A DNA stretch of 64,000 nt from positions 68,014,001-68,078,000 of the forward strand of contig OY740785.1 in NCBI GenBank assembly GCA_963514005.1, written 5' to 3'. Positions 1-11,560 of this stretch are shown one piece after another. The position numbers and the translations under genes were made by a program. Position 1 is the first letter of the stretch, and each line of letters opens with the position of its first letter. The stretch is from Raja brachyura (Eukaryota). The notes beneath the pieces are model-generated. The model ran no database searches, was not told where the DNA came from, and worked only from the letters and a program-made list of their open reading frames with translations.

Positions 1-364
1 TAGATGCAAGGGGAAAAGCAAAAGACATTTGTGCCATGTCCCGATGGACATTTGTCCATAGATATGGAGCTAAAAATGGAAGCTCTGCAACATTATATTA
101 AAATTGTACTTGAAGTTTAAATAGTGAGAGAAAACCAAGTAATCTGTTTATCATCAAATATTTTCATCAGTGACACTTCAACAAGATAAATTACTGCAGG
201 TCTTCCTGGATTAGTATCTACAGGTATCAGCACCACAGTAACACTTTTAGTCCCCTTGCCCATTCTGTGCCCTATACATCAGATGCACAACGGGACAAGC
301 GGTGAATTTGCCTCTCATTGCCACACTAGAACTAGGCTTCCACTGCTCAACACGGAGAATGCCT

Positions 365-560
365 GTGTAGGAAGAGACTGCAGATGCTGGTTTACACCAA
401 AGATAGACACAAAAAGCTGGAGTAACTCACAAAAAGCGAGTCAGGCAGCATCACTGGAGAGAAGGAATGGGAGATGTTTCAGGTCAAGACCCTTCTTCAG
501 ACCCTTCCTCTCCAGAGATGCTGCCTGTCCCACTGAGTTATTCCAGCGTTTTGTGTCTAA
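365..560. mobile_element. Penelope-like terminal-repeat (pLTR)-derived short repeat, partly inverted
   Basis: Family motif ctgcagatgctgg...ctggagtaactc...gacccttcttcagac, shared with the 3' end of the GIY-YIG Penelope copy at 3684-4406. Confidence 0.7.
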
Positions 561-670
561 CAGAGAATGCAGTTTTGTGTCTAACAGAGTTGATCAATCG
601 ATCAACATCTAGCAAAGGGAACTGGAGTTTTTGTACGTTTGAACATCAGGTTGCTAAATATTCTGATGAC

Positions 671-2616
671 CAGGTAAAAAGGCATAATAAAATTACAATA
701 AGGCTCAAAAAAGGCATTTATTGACAAAAATAAGCATAAATGGCATGTATTTCAACCTCCAAAATACGGTTACAAATGATAATATAAAGGTATAACCCCA
801 TTAAACGACCAAAGTTGCCTGGTTGCACATAATTACTAACATTTGTTTTCAAATTATCTGGTGTTAAACTATGCCATCTGTCAGACAGAATATGCTTCAG
901 TTGTGAATAACTTCTTTCCACCTCAGCAGAAGTCACTGGTGCATACTCGAAACAAGCTAGTCTCTATATTCATGTCGATATCTTGTGCATTACAACTACC
1001 TTTGAGAACTTTAGTTATGTTTTGTGTTTCTTCAAGATCTTTGTTAGCTCAAATCACTCTCTCACATTTTTCCTTGTATGTCTTTACTTACATCGCCAGG
1101 AACTTTACGAATATCATCAGTTACTTTGTTGAAAACCTGCAAGTTATTCACTAATGTTTCGCCACATTTCTCAAGGGAAGTGATAGCTTGGGGAAAGTTT
1201 GCAAAATTGGAAGCAATAAACACAAGATCGCGGTGGAGGAACTTTTTCTGCATGATTTCATTGATGATCCTGATTGCAGCAGATTCTTCTTCTTCAAAAC
1301 AGTTGATGATTTATTTTATCTTTTCAAAATTTGCAGCATAGTAGAGTACAGCAGAGAGCCATGTACCCCACCTAGTCAAAATGGGCAGAGGAGGTGGCAG
1401 AATCTCGGGTGCCATTTCCTTGAAACACTACACACGTGGCGGTGCTTTGTGGAAGAAGTGTGTGGGCTGGGAGGGAAAATGCAACATTTTGGGGATAAAA
1501 AAAACTTTAAGAGTACGAGCAGCTTTTTTCATGTACGGAGCTGCAAACAGAAGAACATTCTCGTGTTTTATACCTTCGGGCCAAAGTACAGCAAGTGAAG
1601 ATGTAAACAACTGAGCAATAGTTGAGCTGTTTGACTTCTCCAATACTCCCGATGTCAACAAATACTCCTTTGATGGTTGACCTGCCTCCAGTGTACCGAT
1701 GACCAGATTGGCAACATATCTCCCCACAGCATCAGTTGTCTCATCTATTGAGATCCGTATTTTGTTGCATGTAACTTCATCCCTAATTTTCTGCATACAA
1801 TGTTAAAGTTGCAGGCAACATAATTTTTCCGTAATGATGACTCGCTTGGTATATGTTCCTCTGTGCATTTCTCTAAAAAACCTCTGAGAGATTTGTTTTC
1901 CAATTTCCACAGTGGAATTCCAGCATCAATGAATGCCTCGCACAGCTGACTCAAAAACTCAGATTTGCAACTGGAGCCAGCAGTAAACGTAGTGAGGCGA
2001 CAAGCTTGGGTATTTCACTTGGGTAGTCTACACCCCAGCTGTATCAACATTGACTTCTCTAGATTTAGATGGCCCTTGTCTGCTCCCTCCTCCCCTGCCA
2101 TGCTCTCCTTCTAGTCCTACTATCTCCGCCTCTTCCTTTCTCCCCCCCCCCCCCCCACATCAGGCTGAAGAAGGGTCTTGACCCGAAACGTCTCCTATTC
2201 CTTCTCTCCATAGATGCTGCTTCACCCGCTGAGATTCTCCAGCATTTTTTGTCTACCTTTGTCTTTTCCAACATCTGCAGTTCTTTCTTAAATAGATCTT
2301 GGAGAAGACTGAACCAGCAGGCAGCAGAACGAACAAATGAACGACTGACGGTGGTGCCCCGGTTTTGCCCCGGTGGTGGAAATTTTCTCCTAAGTTATAC
2401 TATGTTAACACGTTAATAATAACATTAATATTAACGTGTTAACATAGAAAATGTCATTGTAATCACAGTCAACTAGAGAAAAAAGCACAACCTTTCAGCA
2501 AAACAGCAGAAAAAGGCAGATTTAGGCACTCAATCGTGAAAAAGGCATTACCTTGGTGAAATCATCAAAAAAGGCATGAAAAGGCGCATGGCATTTATGG
2601 CAAAATGCTGGCTCTA
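671..2616 (-). mobile_element. Decayed hAT-like DNA transposon with transposase pseudogene
   Basis: 8-bp direct repeat CTGATGAC at 663-670 and 2617-2624. Minus-strand ORF pieces LCEAFIDAGIPLWKLEN, ISIDETTDAVGRYVAN, AAPYMKKA and C-terminal TSAEVERSYS. AAAGGCA repeats near both ends. Confidence 0.8.
2019..2292 (+). mobile_element. Penelope 3' fragment nested in the hAT-like element
   Basis: Matches the 3' part of the Penelope copy at 3684-4406; contains CTGAAGAAGGGTCTTGACCCGAAACGTC. Confidence 0.7.
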
Positions 2617-2769
2617 CTGATGACATTAAGATAGAAAGTAAAATAGGTTAAGAGGACATAAGGATACTACAAATAGCTGTACATTGGTTATGTGAGGGGC
2701 AAACATTTGGCAAGGGGTGTATAATGTGTGGAAATTGGAAATTGTTCAGTTTGGCAGGAGAAATGGGAA

Positions 2770-3090
2770 AGTCCATTATCGAACTAGTGATAAATTGCAG
2801 AAATCTGTGTCCCAGTGATTCGCAAGCATATAGGAAAGCTAACGGAATGTTGTTGTTTACTGCCAGGGGATGTAAAGACAAGAAAAATGGTCAGGCGTCA
2901 GTCATACAGGGCAATGGTGAGGCCACAATTGGATTACTCTGTAGGGCATTGGCCTTCTGGTTTAAGGAAGGATGTTCATGCATTGGAAATACTCCAGGAA
3001 AGGTTTACTGGACTAATATTTGGAGTGAATGAGTTGTCCCCATAGGAAAAGGTTGAACATACCAACCATGTATGCATTGGAGTATAGAAG
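2770..3090 (+). mobile_element. Old CR1 LINE RT C-terminal fragment
   Basis: Degenerate YRAMVRPQLDY...LEILQERFT, homologous to the CR1 ORF2 tails elsewhere in the window. Confidence 0.65.
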
Positions 3091-3093
3091 AAA

Positions 3094-3490
3094 CTAGACT
3101 AAGAGGGACCCGCTGGGTCCCAGTCACACGGGAGGCCTGGTCCCCCAACACAACCGATTCCCCAATGCAATATTCCACCACTCACTCATAGCCCCTAACT
3201 GCACAGGCGCGGCTCATTTCCCCTCATCACCCCAGCACTCCCTACTCCTCCTCTTTATGTGTGGGAGGAGAGGAAGGGAGGGGGGAGGGAAGTGGGGTAT
3301 GTGGCGGGGAAGTGTTGGGTGCGAGGGGATGAGGGGAGGGGGAGGGTGTGTGGGCGGGGAGGTGTGGGGGGGGAAGGTTGGTGTGGGGAGGGGGAATGTG
3401 GGGGAGGGGGGGATGTGGGGAGGGGGGTGTGTGGCGGGGGTGTGTGGGCTGGGAGGGGAGGTGATTATGTGAGCGTGAGGGGAGGAGGGA
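3094..3490 (-). mobile_element. Non-autonomous Helitron, 3' portion
   Basis: CTAG at 3094-3097 (followed by T on the minus strand) next to hairpin GGGACCC-gct-GGGTCCC; homologous to the 3' ends at 10140-10197 and 62720-62850. Confidence 0.7.
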
Positions 3491-3683
3491 CAGCACAGAT
3501 GCAGCGGGCCGAAGGGCCTGTTTCCACAGTGTATCTATAAACCTAAAAGGAAGTTTCCTATTGTGGAAGAACTTTGAATTAGGAGGGGGAGTTTTCCGTT
3601 TCAAAATGAGTCATGTACACCTCCACATGTATATTAAATATTATTATTGTACCTGCCTTAACTACTTCATCTGGAAGCTTGTT

Positions 3684-4406
3684 CCACATAGTTTCCCACC
3701 CAAACCACCCCCTCCCAAGGTACCTTCTCCTGCAAGCGCAGGAGATGCAACACCCGTCTCTATACCTCCACCCTCGACTCTGTCGATTGACCTCGACAGT
3801 TCTTTCAGGTTATGCAGAGGTTCATTTCCACTTCCTCGAACCTCATCTACTGTATCCGTTGTTCAAGATGTGGACTCTTATACATCGGCGAGACCAAACG
3901 TAGACTTGCCGATCGTTTCGTTGAACACCTTCGCTTAGTCCGCCTGGACCTACCTGATCTCCTGGTTGCTAAACACCTTAATTCTCCTTCCCACTCCCAC
4001 ACTGACCTTTCTGTCCGAGGCCTCCTCCATTGTCAGAGTGAGGCTAAACGCAAAGTGGAGTAACAGCATCTCACATTTTGCCAGGGCATGTACATGAATA
4101 TTGATTTCTCTAACTTCAAGTAACCCCTGCATTCTCTATTTCTCCATCCCTCCCCCATCCAAGCCGCACCAACTTCTCGTTCTCATCCAACAAACAGCTA
4201 ACAATGGCCTTTCCTTTATCATCATTAATTTTTTGTATATCTTTCATTCATTGTTCTTATCTCTCTACAAAATTGTCTATATCTCTCATTTCCCTTTCCC
4301 GTGACTTTCAGTCTGAAGAAGGGCCCCAACCCAAAATGTCACCCATTCCTTCTCTCCAGAGATGGTGGCTGTCCTGCTGAATAACTCCAGCTTTTTGTGT
4401 CTGTCT
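3684..4406 (+). mobile_element. Penelope-like retroelement 3' part with GIY-YIG endonuclease fragment
   Basis: ORF 3812-4063 SSNLIYCIRCSRCGLLYIGETKRRLADRFVEH, followed by the pLTR-type repeat. Confidence 0.9.
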
Positions 4407-4477
4407 ATAGAACCAGAGTTCAATATACCCAAAACATCAGGCAGCACAAGAGAATGATGACGCTGGAATCTGAAATA

Positions 4478-6012
4478 AAATATGTTATCTAAATACTTGG
4501 AAAAAAATGCAGCAAGTGACCTTTTCAAACTTAAATGAAGAATGGATTTAAGTTGCATGAATTGATTTCCTGACTCTCTATTCTCTTCCCGTTTCCTTTA
4601 CCTCCTATGCGTTCTCTATAGTTAACTTTAGTATGCTTTGTTCACATTGTCTCTCGGATACTGAAATCACAGCTGGTCGAAACTTGCTTCGAATTCTTCG
4701 TGGAATAATCAGTAGCCTTAATAATATTTATTGGAACACAAGTTGCAAGGAAAAAGGTTGGTAGAATGGGATTGTACCATGGACTAAATGGCTTTATTCA
4801 GTGTTGTGAGGAAATAAAGGACAATCTGAGATGGAGGATCTAAAACTTGACGTTTGCCACCGAAAACAACTTAATTTAAAATCAGATGTATTACAAATAG
4901 AAACATAGAAAATAGGTGTAGGAGGAGGCCGTTCGGCCCTTTGAGCCAGCACCGCCATTCATTGTGATCCCCAATCAATAACCCGTGCCTGCCTTCTCCC
5001 CATATCCCTTGACTCCACTAGCCCCTAGAGCTCTAACTCTCTCTTAAATCCATCCAGTGACTTGGCCTCCACTGCCCTCTGTGGCAGGGAATTCCACAAA
5101 TTCACAACTCTCTGGGTGAAACCGTTTTTCCTCACCTCAGTCTTAAATGGCTTCCCTTTTATTCTAAGACTGTGGTCCCTGGTTCTGGACTCGCCCAACA
5201 TTGGGACCATTTTTCCTGCATCTATCTTGTCCAGTCCTTTTATAATTTTATATGTTTCTATAAGATATCCCCTCATCCTTCTAAACTCCAGTGAATACAA
5301 GCCTAGTCTTTTCAATCTTTCCTCATATGACAGTCCCGCCATCCCAGGGATCAATCTCATGAATCAATGTTGTGACTAACATTTTAATAGCTCGAATGTT
5401 GGGCGTACAACAAGCAGCTCCAATGAAAATAAACACAATCGGATTTGCACGTTCAAGGGACTGAGTCGACAGCAGCAAGTTGAGGCCAAAACGCAACCAT
5501 TAGGAAGTACTGATATCTGGAACACAAAGTGAGCTTTACTTAGCTTCTGTGTGGGGATCAAAATCACATTCTGGCTGAGGGAGAATTAAAATATACTATA
5601 TAGTCTTGTATCTCATATTTTCATATAGTCCTGCATCTCATATTTTTTATATCATATTTCCTCACCAAATTAAGCCAATCAGTCCAGCAAATCCACGGTG
5701 GCCCACAAAGCAATCCTATCAATCCCATTCTCCCACTTATTTCCCTGTAACTTGTGTACCAAAAAACATCATTAAGACTACTGACTATTCCACAAAGAAA
5801 TTGAAGCAGGTTTCGGCCAGCTGTGATTTCAGTATCCAACAGGCACCATGTTAACAATGTTTGCTAAAGTTATCTGTGGAGCACACAGAAGCAAGTAAAG
5901 GAAATTAAAAGAGAAGAGAGTCAGGGAATCAAATCGTTCAACTTAAATCCTTCTTCATTTAAGTTTGAAAAGCTCACTTGCTGCATTTTTTCCAAGTATT
6001 CTGATAATATTT
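4478..6012. repeat. Diverged inverted repeat pair of about 350 bp (4478-4818 and about 5650-6012)
   Basis: aatacttggaaaaaaatgcagcaagtgaccttttcaaacttaaatgaagaa and ggatactgaaatcacagctgg recur as reverse complements. Confidence 0.8.
4897..5362 (-). mobile_element. CR1 LINE 3' fragment
   Basis: ORF GLSYEERLKRLGLYSLEFRRMRG...FTQRVVNLWNSLP; agaaacat tail repeat. Confidence 0.9.
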
Positions 6013-8909
6013 TTGTGCTAAAAGATATATAATTTATTGAACATAAATGGGTATCAAATATATGATAGGAGAATTTAATTATCTATGTCTGCAAATAAGA
6101 TTGTTCCAAGTTCTGACTTCGACACAGAATTTAAGATAACTGCAGCATTCTTAGATTATTACATAATCAGTAATAAATAGTCTTTGGAGTACCAGTTTGT
6201 ATTTTATATTTCCTCCACCATAGATTACTAATCCAGCATCTCTGGAGAAAGTTGCTGAGGTGATGCTCAAGCAGTTGTGAATATTAAAGTATTATTGACT
6301 TCCAATTCTACTGTTTCAAGTCTGGCCAATATGTCATGGATTTTTCCATTCAATACTTTCTGAAATGATTCCAAATGGCAGAGCTGCAAACCTTCATCAT
6401 TCAGATCTGGTACTGAACATCAGTTTACTGCTTTCTTCACTAAACGTTGCTTGCCAACATCATTTCTTGGCAAATAATGCACATGCAACTTGTGCATTAA
6501 CAGGTTTAATGTAGTGACTGCTGGCAGTGCCTCTTTTGATTGCATTTAACTTGTTGAGATACAAATTGGAATTATTTTTCCGATTACTAACATGAATCTA
6601 ACTAAGCCTTCTGGCATTGTTCCATCTGCCTTGATTAATCCCCCGTCTCAAAAATCTCCAATTATTTGTCTAAGCTTCACAGAAATATTCCATGAGGGAT
6701 CAAAGACTACCAAATAAAATGGAAAATCAAATGAAAAGTGAGAGGCTGTCAGATTAAATATATATATTTATCTGTAATCTACAAGTGTGCTTGAGAGGTT
6801 TTAGACATTTAGCTAACATAACTATTTCTTATTCTTGGACTCTCCCCACAAGCTTTCTTACAAGTAATTACGAAAGATTCAATCCTGGCAATTTCAAAAC
6901 AATGACTTGTTTCTCATCACCGTATCCAGTCTATTTAATTGGGCATGATTTTATCTAATGTGCTTGTGATGCTGACCTATTTTAAAGGCAATCCATGAAT
7001 GGAAGTTGATGTCATCATTATACTGATGCTTGTGAAGTGTGTTTATTGCACACAGAGTACCTCCTACATCCTCCACTTCAATTGCTATTTCTGTACTACA
7101 CCTACATGTATGATGCTGGCTCACGTATGGGCGTCAGGCTTAAAGCTTCTTTTCGAATTGGTAGATAGGTAGCAGTGGAGGTCAAACAAATCTTTGAGGA
7201 CAATATACAGAAAATATCATGAATTGGTGCAGAATAATTAAAAATGATAGTGAATGTTGCCTCCTGATGTTAAAGAAATATTGAACAAGGCAAGGTAAAC
7301 ACTAAAAGCTAGAGTAACTCAGCTGGTCAAGCAGCACATCTGGAGAAAAGGAATAGGTGATGTTTTGGGTTGAGACACTTCTTCAGACTTGAACAAGGCA
7401 ATATGGGATCCCAGTGACAGATCTGCTAAGAAATAGTAGAATAAGGACAAGAGGCTAAATGGCTGATTTCTGATCCCACATTATCCCATGATGTGTTTAA
7501 CTAACTCGATTACTTCTACTGCTTCAGTTTCAGAAAAAAAACAAATAATACATTTAAGAAAACTTCCACATCACCTTGATTTTACAATTGTGTGTCATAT
7601 TTGTCAGTGTATATATATCCTTCATTTGAACCATAAAGTGACAGTTCTACACAGAGCTCCAAATTAACGGTTGCTGGGGTGCCAATGGCAACCTAAAGTC
7701 CCGCCGGGCAACCTAACAGCCGTGCCATTTTGCCCAGCTTGGCAAGCACCCAGGACACCTGCCATTCAACTCTGAGCGCCCCCCCCCCCCCCCCCTCTAT
7801 CTCTCTCTCTGTGTCACTCTCTGCCTGGGCCGCCGGGCTCTGCCCTAGGATCTTTAGTCGGGTCTCGGTTCTCCGCTCTCCGGCCGCTCCTCATCTGCCA
7901 GCACGGCCGGCCGCCTTCCACATGCACACTGCCACGGCCTGCACATCCTCCCCCTGCACACGTGCACCACCACTGCCAGCAAATCGTCAGCCGCCCTGCA
8001 CATGCGCACTGCCACGGCAATTGGTCTGTGGCGGGCACTTTCTCCCTCCCTTTGATTGTGGGAGATCAGGCTGCCATTGCTGTCCTGTCGCCGCCTCGTC
8101 GCGACAGCTGATAACCAACGCAGAATCACTCCCTGGAGCTGGAGTAACTCCCTGGAATAACTCTTGCTTCAGGGAGCAAGAGTTACTCCAAAAATATTCC
8201 AAATGGAATTTAAACTGGAGGTGGTGAAGGGTCCATCACCAAACTCCAAACTCTGAACAATAACAGTCTATTGCACTTTATCTGTTTATTTATTGTGTAT
8301 ATATATGGTCTATGGTATATAGACACACTGAACTTTTATCTCCTGTTCTGTATTATGTTCACATATTCTGTTCTGCTGCAGCAAGCAAGAATTTCATTGT
8401 CCTATCTGGGACACCTGACAATAAAATTCTATTGACTCTTGACTTGGACTTAAGCAAAAAAGGGTTCTTGGGGAAAAAAGAGATCCCTTAAATTTAGTTG
8501 CATCTTGTTGGGTAACTATGGTAGGGTGAAGATTCCATGCTTTAATTCCATGCCTTAATTGGGCAGGGGGACTCCATGGAGCAGCCAGCATCTCTGGATA
8601 GAAGAAATTGGGTGACGTTTTGGGTAGAGGCCCTTCTTTAGACTCCCTCTGGTTTTAGTGTTTTTAGTTTATTTTAAAGATAAAGCGTGGAAACAGGCCC
8701 TTCAGCCCACCGAGTCCACACCGACCACACGTACACTAGTTCTATCCCACACATTAGCGACGCAAGTCAAGAGTCAAGAGTGTTTTATTCTCTCACGTCC
8801 CAGTTAGAACAATGAAATCCTTACTTACAGCAGCACCACAGAATATGTAAACATAGAACTCTGTAAACAATGTTATAAATGAGAAAACAAAACAGTGTAT
8901 ATTTATATA

Positions 8910-10197
8910 TCAATATTATATTACTAAAAGTCTGATCTTGACCACTTCATGTTTTTCTGTATATTGATTTTAGAAAAAACGCTCCCACTTACGGCTGTGA
9001 TTTTTGGCCATCTTACTCAGAGTCCCCCTCCGCTGTGCAGGACAAGAGGATTTTTACCATCGATGAAAAGTAAAAGATTTATTAGTGTTTAAAAAATGTT
9101 GAGATTATCTCTCCCGAAGGCCACGCCCCTTCCGGAGGGACTATAAAACCCGGAAGTGTTGAGTGCCTCAATCAGTCTTTGCAAGAAGGGGGAGTGAGAG
9201 GGTCACGCCTCTCAGTCTGAGTTGTGAATAACACTGAACACATGTCTATTAAACTGTGAGTGGTTTTACTGACCTGTCAGTGCCCTTAATGTGGTTTGAA
9301 AATATAGTTTGGAAATGCTAAAGCTGTGTTGCCTTTGGTTTGGAAATGCTAAAGCTGTGTTGCCTTTGCTTTGGAAATGCTAAAGCTGTGTTGCCTTTGG
9401 TTTGGAAAAGCTAAAGCTGTGTTGCCTTTGGTTTGGAAATGCTAAAGCTCTGTTGCCTTTGGTTTGGAAATGCTAAAGCTGTGTTGCCTAATTAGAGTTG
9501 CCTTACCTAATTAGAGTTGCCTTGCCTAATTAAAGTTGCCTTGCATAATTAAAGTTGCCTTGCCATTTATATAATTAAAAGTCTAATCTTGACCACTTTG
9601 CTTTATATTGATTTTAGAAAAAACACTACCACGTACGGCTGTGATTTTTGGCCATCTTACTCAAAGTCCCCCTCCGCTCATCAGGTGCAGAGGATTTTTC
9701 GCATCGATGAAAAATAAAGGAGTTTAGTGTTTTAAAAATGTTAAGATTCTCTCTCCTGTCAATCACACCATGAAGGCCATGCCCCCTCTGGTGGGAGGGG
9801 GGGAGGGACTATAAAACCCAGAAGTGTGGGCATGGCTCAATCTCTGCAAGATGGAGGAGGGAGAGGTCATGACTCGCTGTCTTTAGTGGCCTTGCACCCA
9901 GCTTGAAATGGTATGACAGCCCAACAGCCATGAGTGAGTGAGCTGCCAGCACAACAGGCTTGAGTGACTGAGCTGCCAGCCCAAGAATCCATTCGGCCCA
10001 CAAATGTCTATACTGGCCCTCTGGAAACCAGTCCCTTCAGCCAACAACACCCATACTAACGCTCCAGAAAGATTCCCCCCCCCCCCCCCCCGGACCACTG
10101 GCCACCAATATTGGAATTGGTGGAGAGGTGGAATATAGCGTTGAGGGGCCAGCCCTCCCGTGTGATTCTTGGACCCAACAGGGCCCACTTAGTCTAG
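8910..10197 (+). mobile_element. Non-autonomous Helitron, composite with internal duplication
   Basis: A|TC 5' end; 3' hairpin GGACCC...GGGCCC then CTAG|T; no TSD; 5' segment repeated from about 9572. Confidence 0.8.
9307..9565 (+). repeat. Minisatellites inside the Helitron: about 6 x 31 bp, then about 4 x 20 bp
   Basis: Unit gtttggaaatgctaaagctgtgttgcctttg at 9307, 9338, 9369, 9400, 9431 and 9462, followed by cctaattagagttgccttg-type units. Confidence 0.95.
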
Positions 10198-10423
10198 TAT
10201 AACTATATAAATATGTGTGTGCGTGTGCGTGTGTCATATATATACCCACACACACACAATTTCCCTCCTGGGATTAATGAAGTTCTATCGTATAGTATCG
10301 TGTGTGTAGGAAGGAACTGCAGATGCTGGTTTAAACTGGAGATAGACACACAAAGTTGGAGAAACTCAACAGGTCAGACAGAAACTCTGGACAAAAATAT
10401 TACGTTTTGGGTTGGGTCTGAAA

Positions 10424-10572
10424 TAGATTCCTGTACACGTTTGGAATGTGGAAGGAAACAAGAGCACCCGGAGAAAACCCACGCGATCTAAGAGAAGAGA
10501 AGCAAGCTCCATACGGACAGCACCCATATTCAGGATCAATTTCAGGTCTCTGGCACTTTTAGGCAGCAACTT
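10424..10572 (-). mobile_element. tRNA-derived SINE fragment (V-SINE/HE1-like)
   Basis: Reverse complement contains cgcgtgggttttctccgggtgctc...ttccttccacattccaaa, matching the body of the copy at 10892. Confidence 0.6.
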
Positions 10573-10700
10573 TATGGCCAATGTACTGCCCCATAGTCTT
10601 GAACTGAATTAAAACATACAGTAGCTGTAAAGGAGGACATAGTGTCACTTAGAGATTTAAGACTGAAAATGGATAGTTTCTTATTTTTAGTAACCAAAGT

Positions 10701-10754
10701 GGGGTGGGAGATTGCAAACTTCATGTGGTCCGCCCTGTTTCGACAAATGCAATC
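10701..10754 (+). ncRNA. Minimal HDV-like self-cleaving ribozyme fold
   Basis: P1 GGGGTGG/CCGCCCT with G1-U wobble; P2 GATTGCA/TGCAATC; P3 AAC/GGT (one mismatch); L3 TTCATGT; mini P4 T-TTCG-A; J4/2 CAAA. Confidence 0.75.
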
Positions 10755-10839
10755 AACCCAGCATGCACAATCAAATAAGATCAAATAGAACAAGTTGTCC
10801 GACAACTTTAGGCTGCGCATGCCATACGAAAGAAGGAGA
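10701..10839 (+). mobile_element. Short non-autonomous retroelement (Ingi/Vingi-like or RTE-like) with (AAG)-type tail
   Basis: 12-bp TSD AGTAACCAAAGT at 10689-10700 and 10840-10851; ends ccatacgaaagaaggaga. Confidence 0.8.
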
Positions 10840-10891
10840 AGTAACCAAAGTTAGCAACATACAATTTTTTGTGTGTTGGAAAACAAAATAT

Positions 10892-11115
10892 AGTGGCACA
10901 GCTGGTAGACTTGTTGCCTCACACACCAGAGATCTGTGTTCGATCCTGTTCTCGGGCACTGTGTTGAATTTGCACATTCTCCCTGCAAGCGTGTGGGTTT
11001 CCTCCCACATCCCAAAGACTCATTGACTTTGTAGGTTAACTTGTATCTGTAAAATTGCCCCTAATGTGTAGGGAGTGTGTGAGGAAAGTGGGATAACAGA
11101 ACTTGTGTGAATGGG
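10892..11115 (+). mobile_element. tRNA-derived SINE (V-SINE/HE1-like)
   Basis: Pol III A-box tggcacagctgg, B-box gttcgatcc, then gtgggtttcctcccacatcccaaagac. Confidence 0.7.
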
Positions 11116-11560
11116 TAGACAAAAATGATGGAAAAACTCAGCGGGTGAGGCAGCATCTATGGAGCGAAGGAAATAGGCGACGTTTTGGGTCCAGATCCTT
11201 CTTCAGACAGATGTGAGGGTGGGAGGAGTGTGAAGAAGGAAGAGGCGGACAGTGGGCTGAGGGAGAGCTGGGAAGGGGAGGTGAAAGCAGGGACTACCTG
11301 AAATTGGAGGAGTCAATGTTCATACCGCTGGGGTGTAGACTGCCCAAGCGAAATATGAGGTGTTGCTCCTCCAATTTACGGTGGCCATGGAGGACGCCCT
11401 CACTCTGGCCATGGAGGACGCCCAGGACAGAAAGGTCGGATTCGGAATGGAAGGGGGGAGTTGAAGTGCTGAGCCACCGGGAGACCAGGTTGGTTATTGC
11501 GAACTGAGTGGAGGTGTTGTGTGAAGTGATCGCCAAGCCTGCGCTAGGTCTCACTGAGGT
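11116..11560 (-). mobile_element. Penelope 3' fragment
   Basis: ORF ...DLSVLGVLHGQSE...KLEEQHLIFRLGSLHPSGMNID followed by pLTR repeat. Confidence 0.8.

Noticed and set aside
3242-3604. Pro/His-rich or Gly-rich ORFs
   Set aside because: Low-complexity G-tract inside a Helitron
9307-9565. Regular 31-bp repeats as a CRISPR array
   Set aside because: Head-to-tail units with no unique spacers, no cas genes, eukaryotic context; a Helitron minisatellite
10892-10960. tRNA gene
   Set aside because: A and B boxes are present but there is no clean cloverleaf, and it continues into a SINE body
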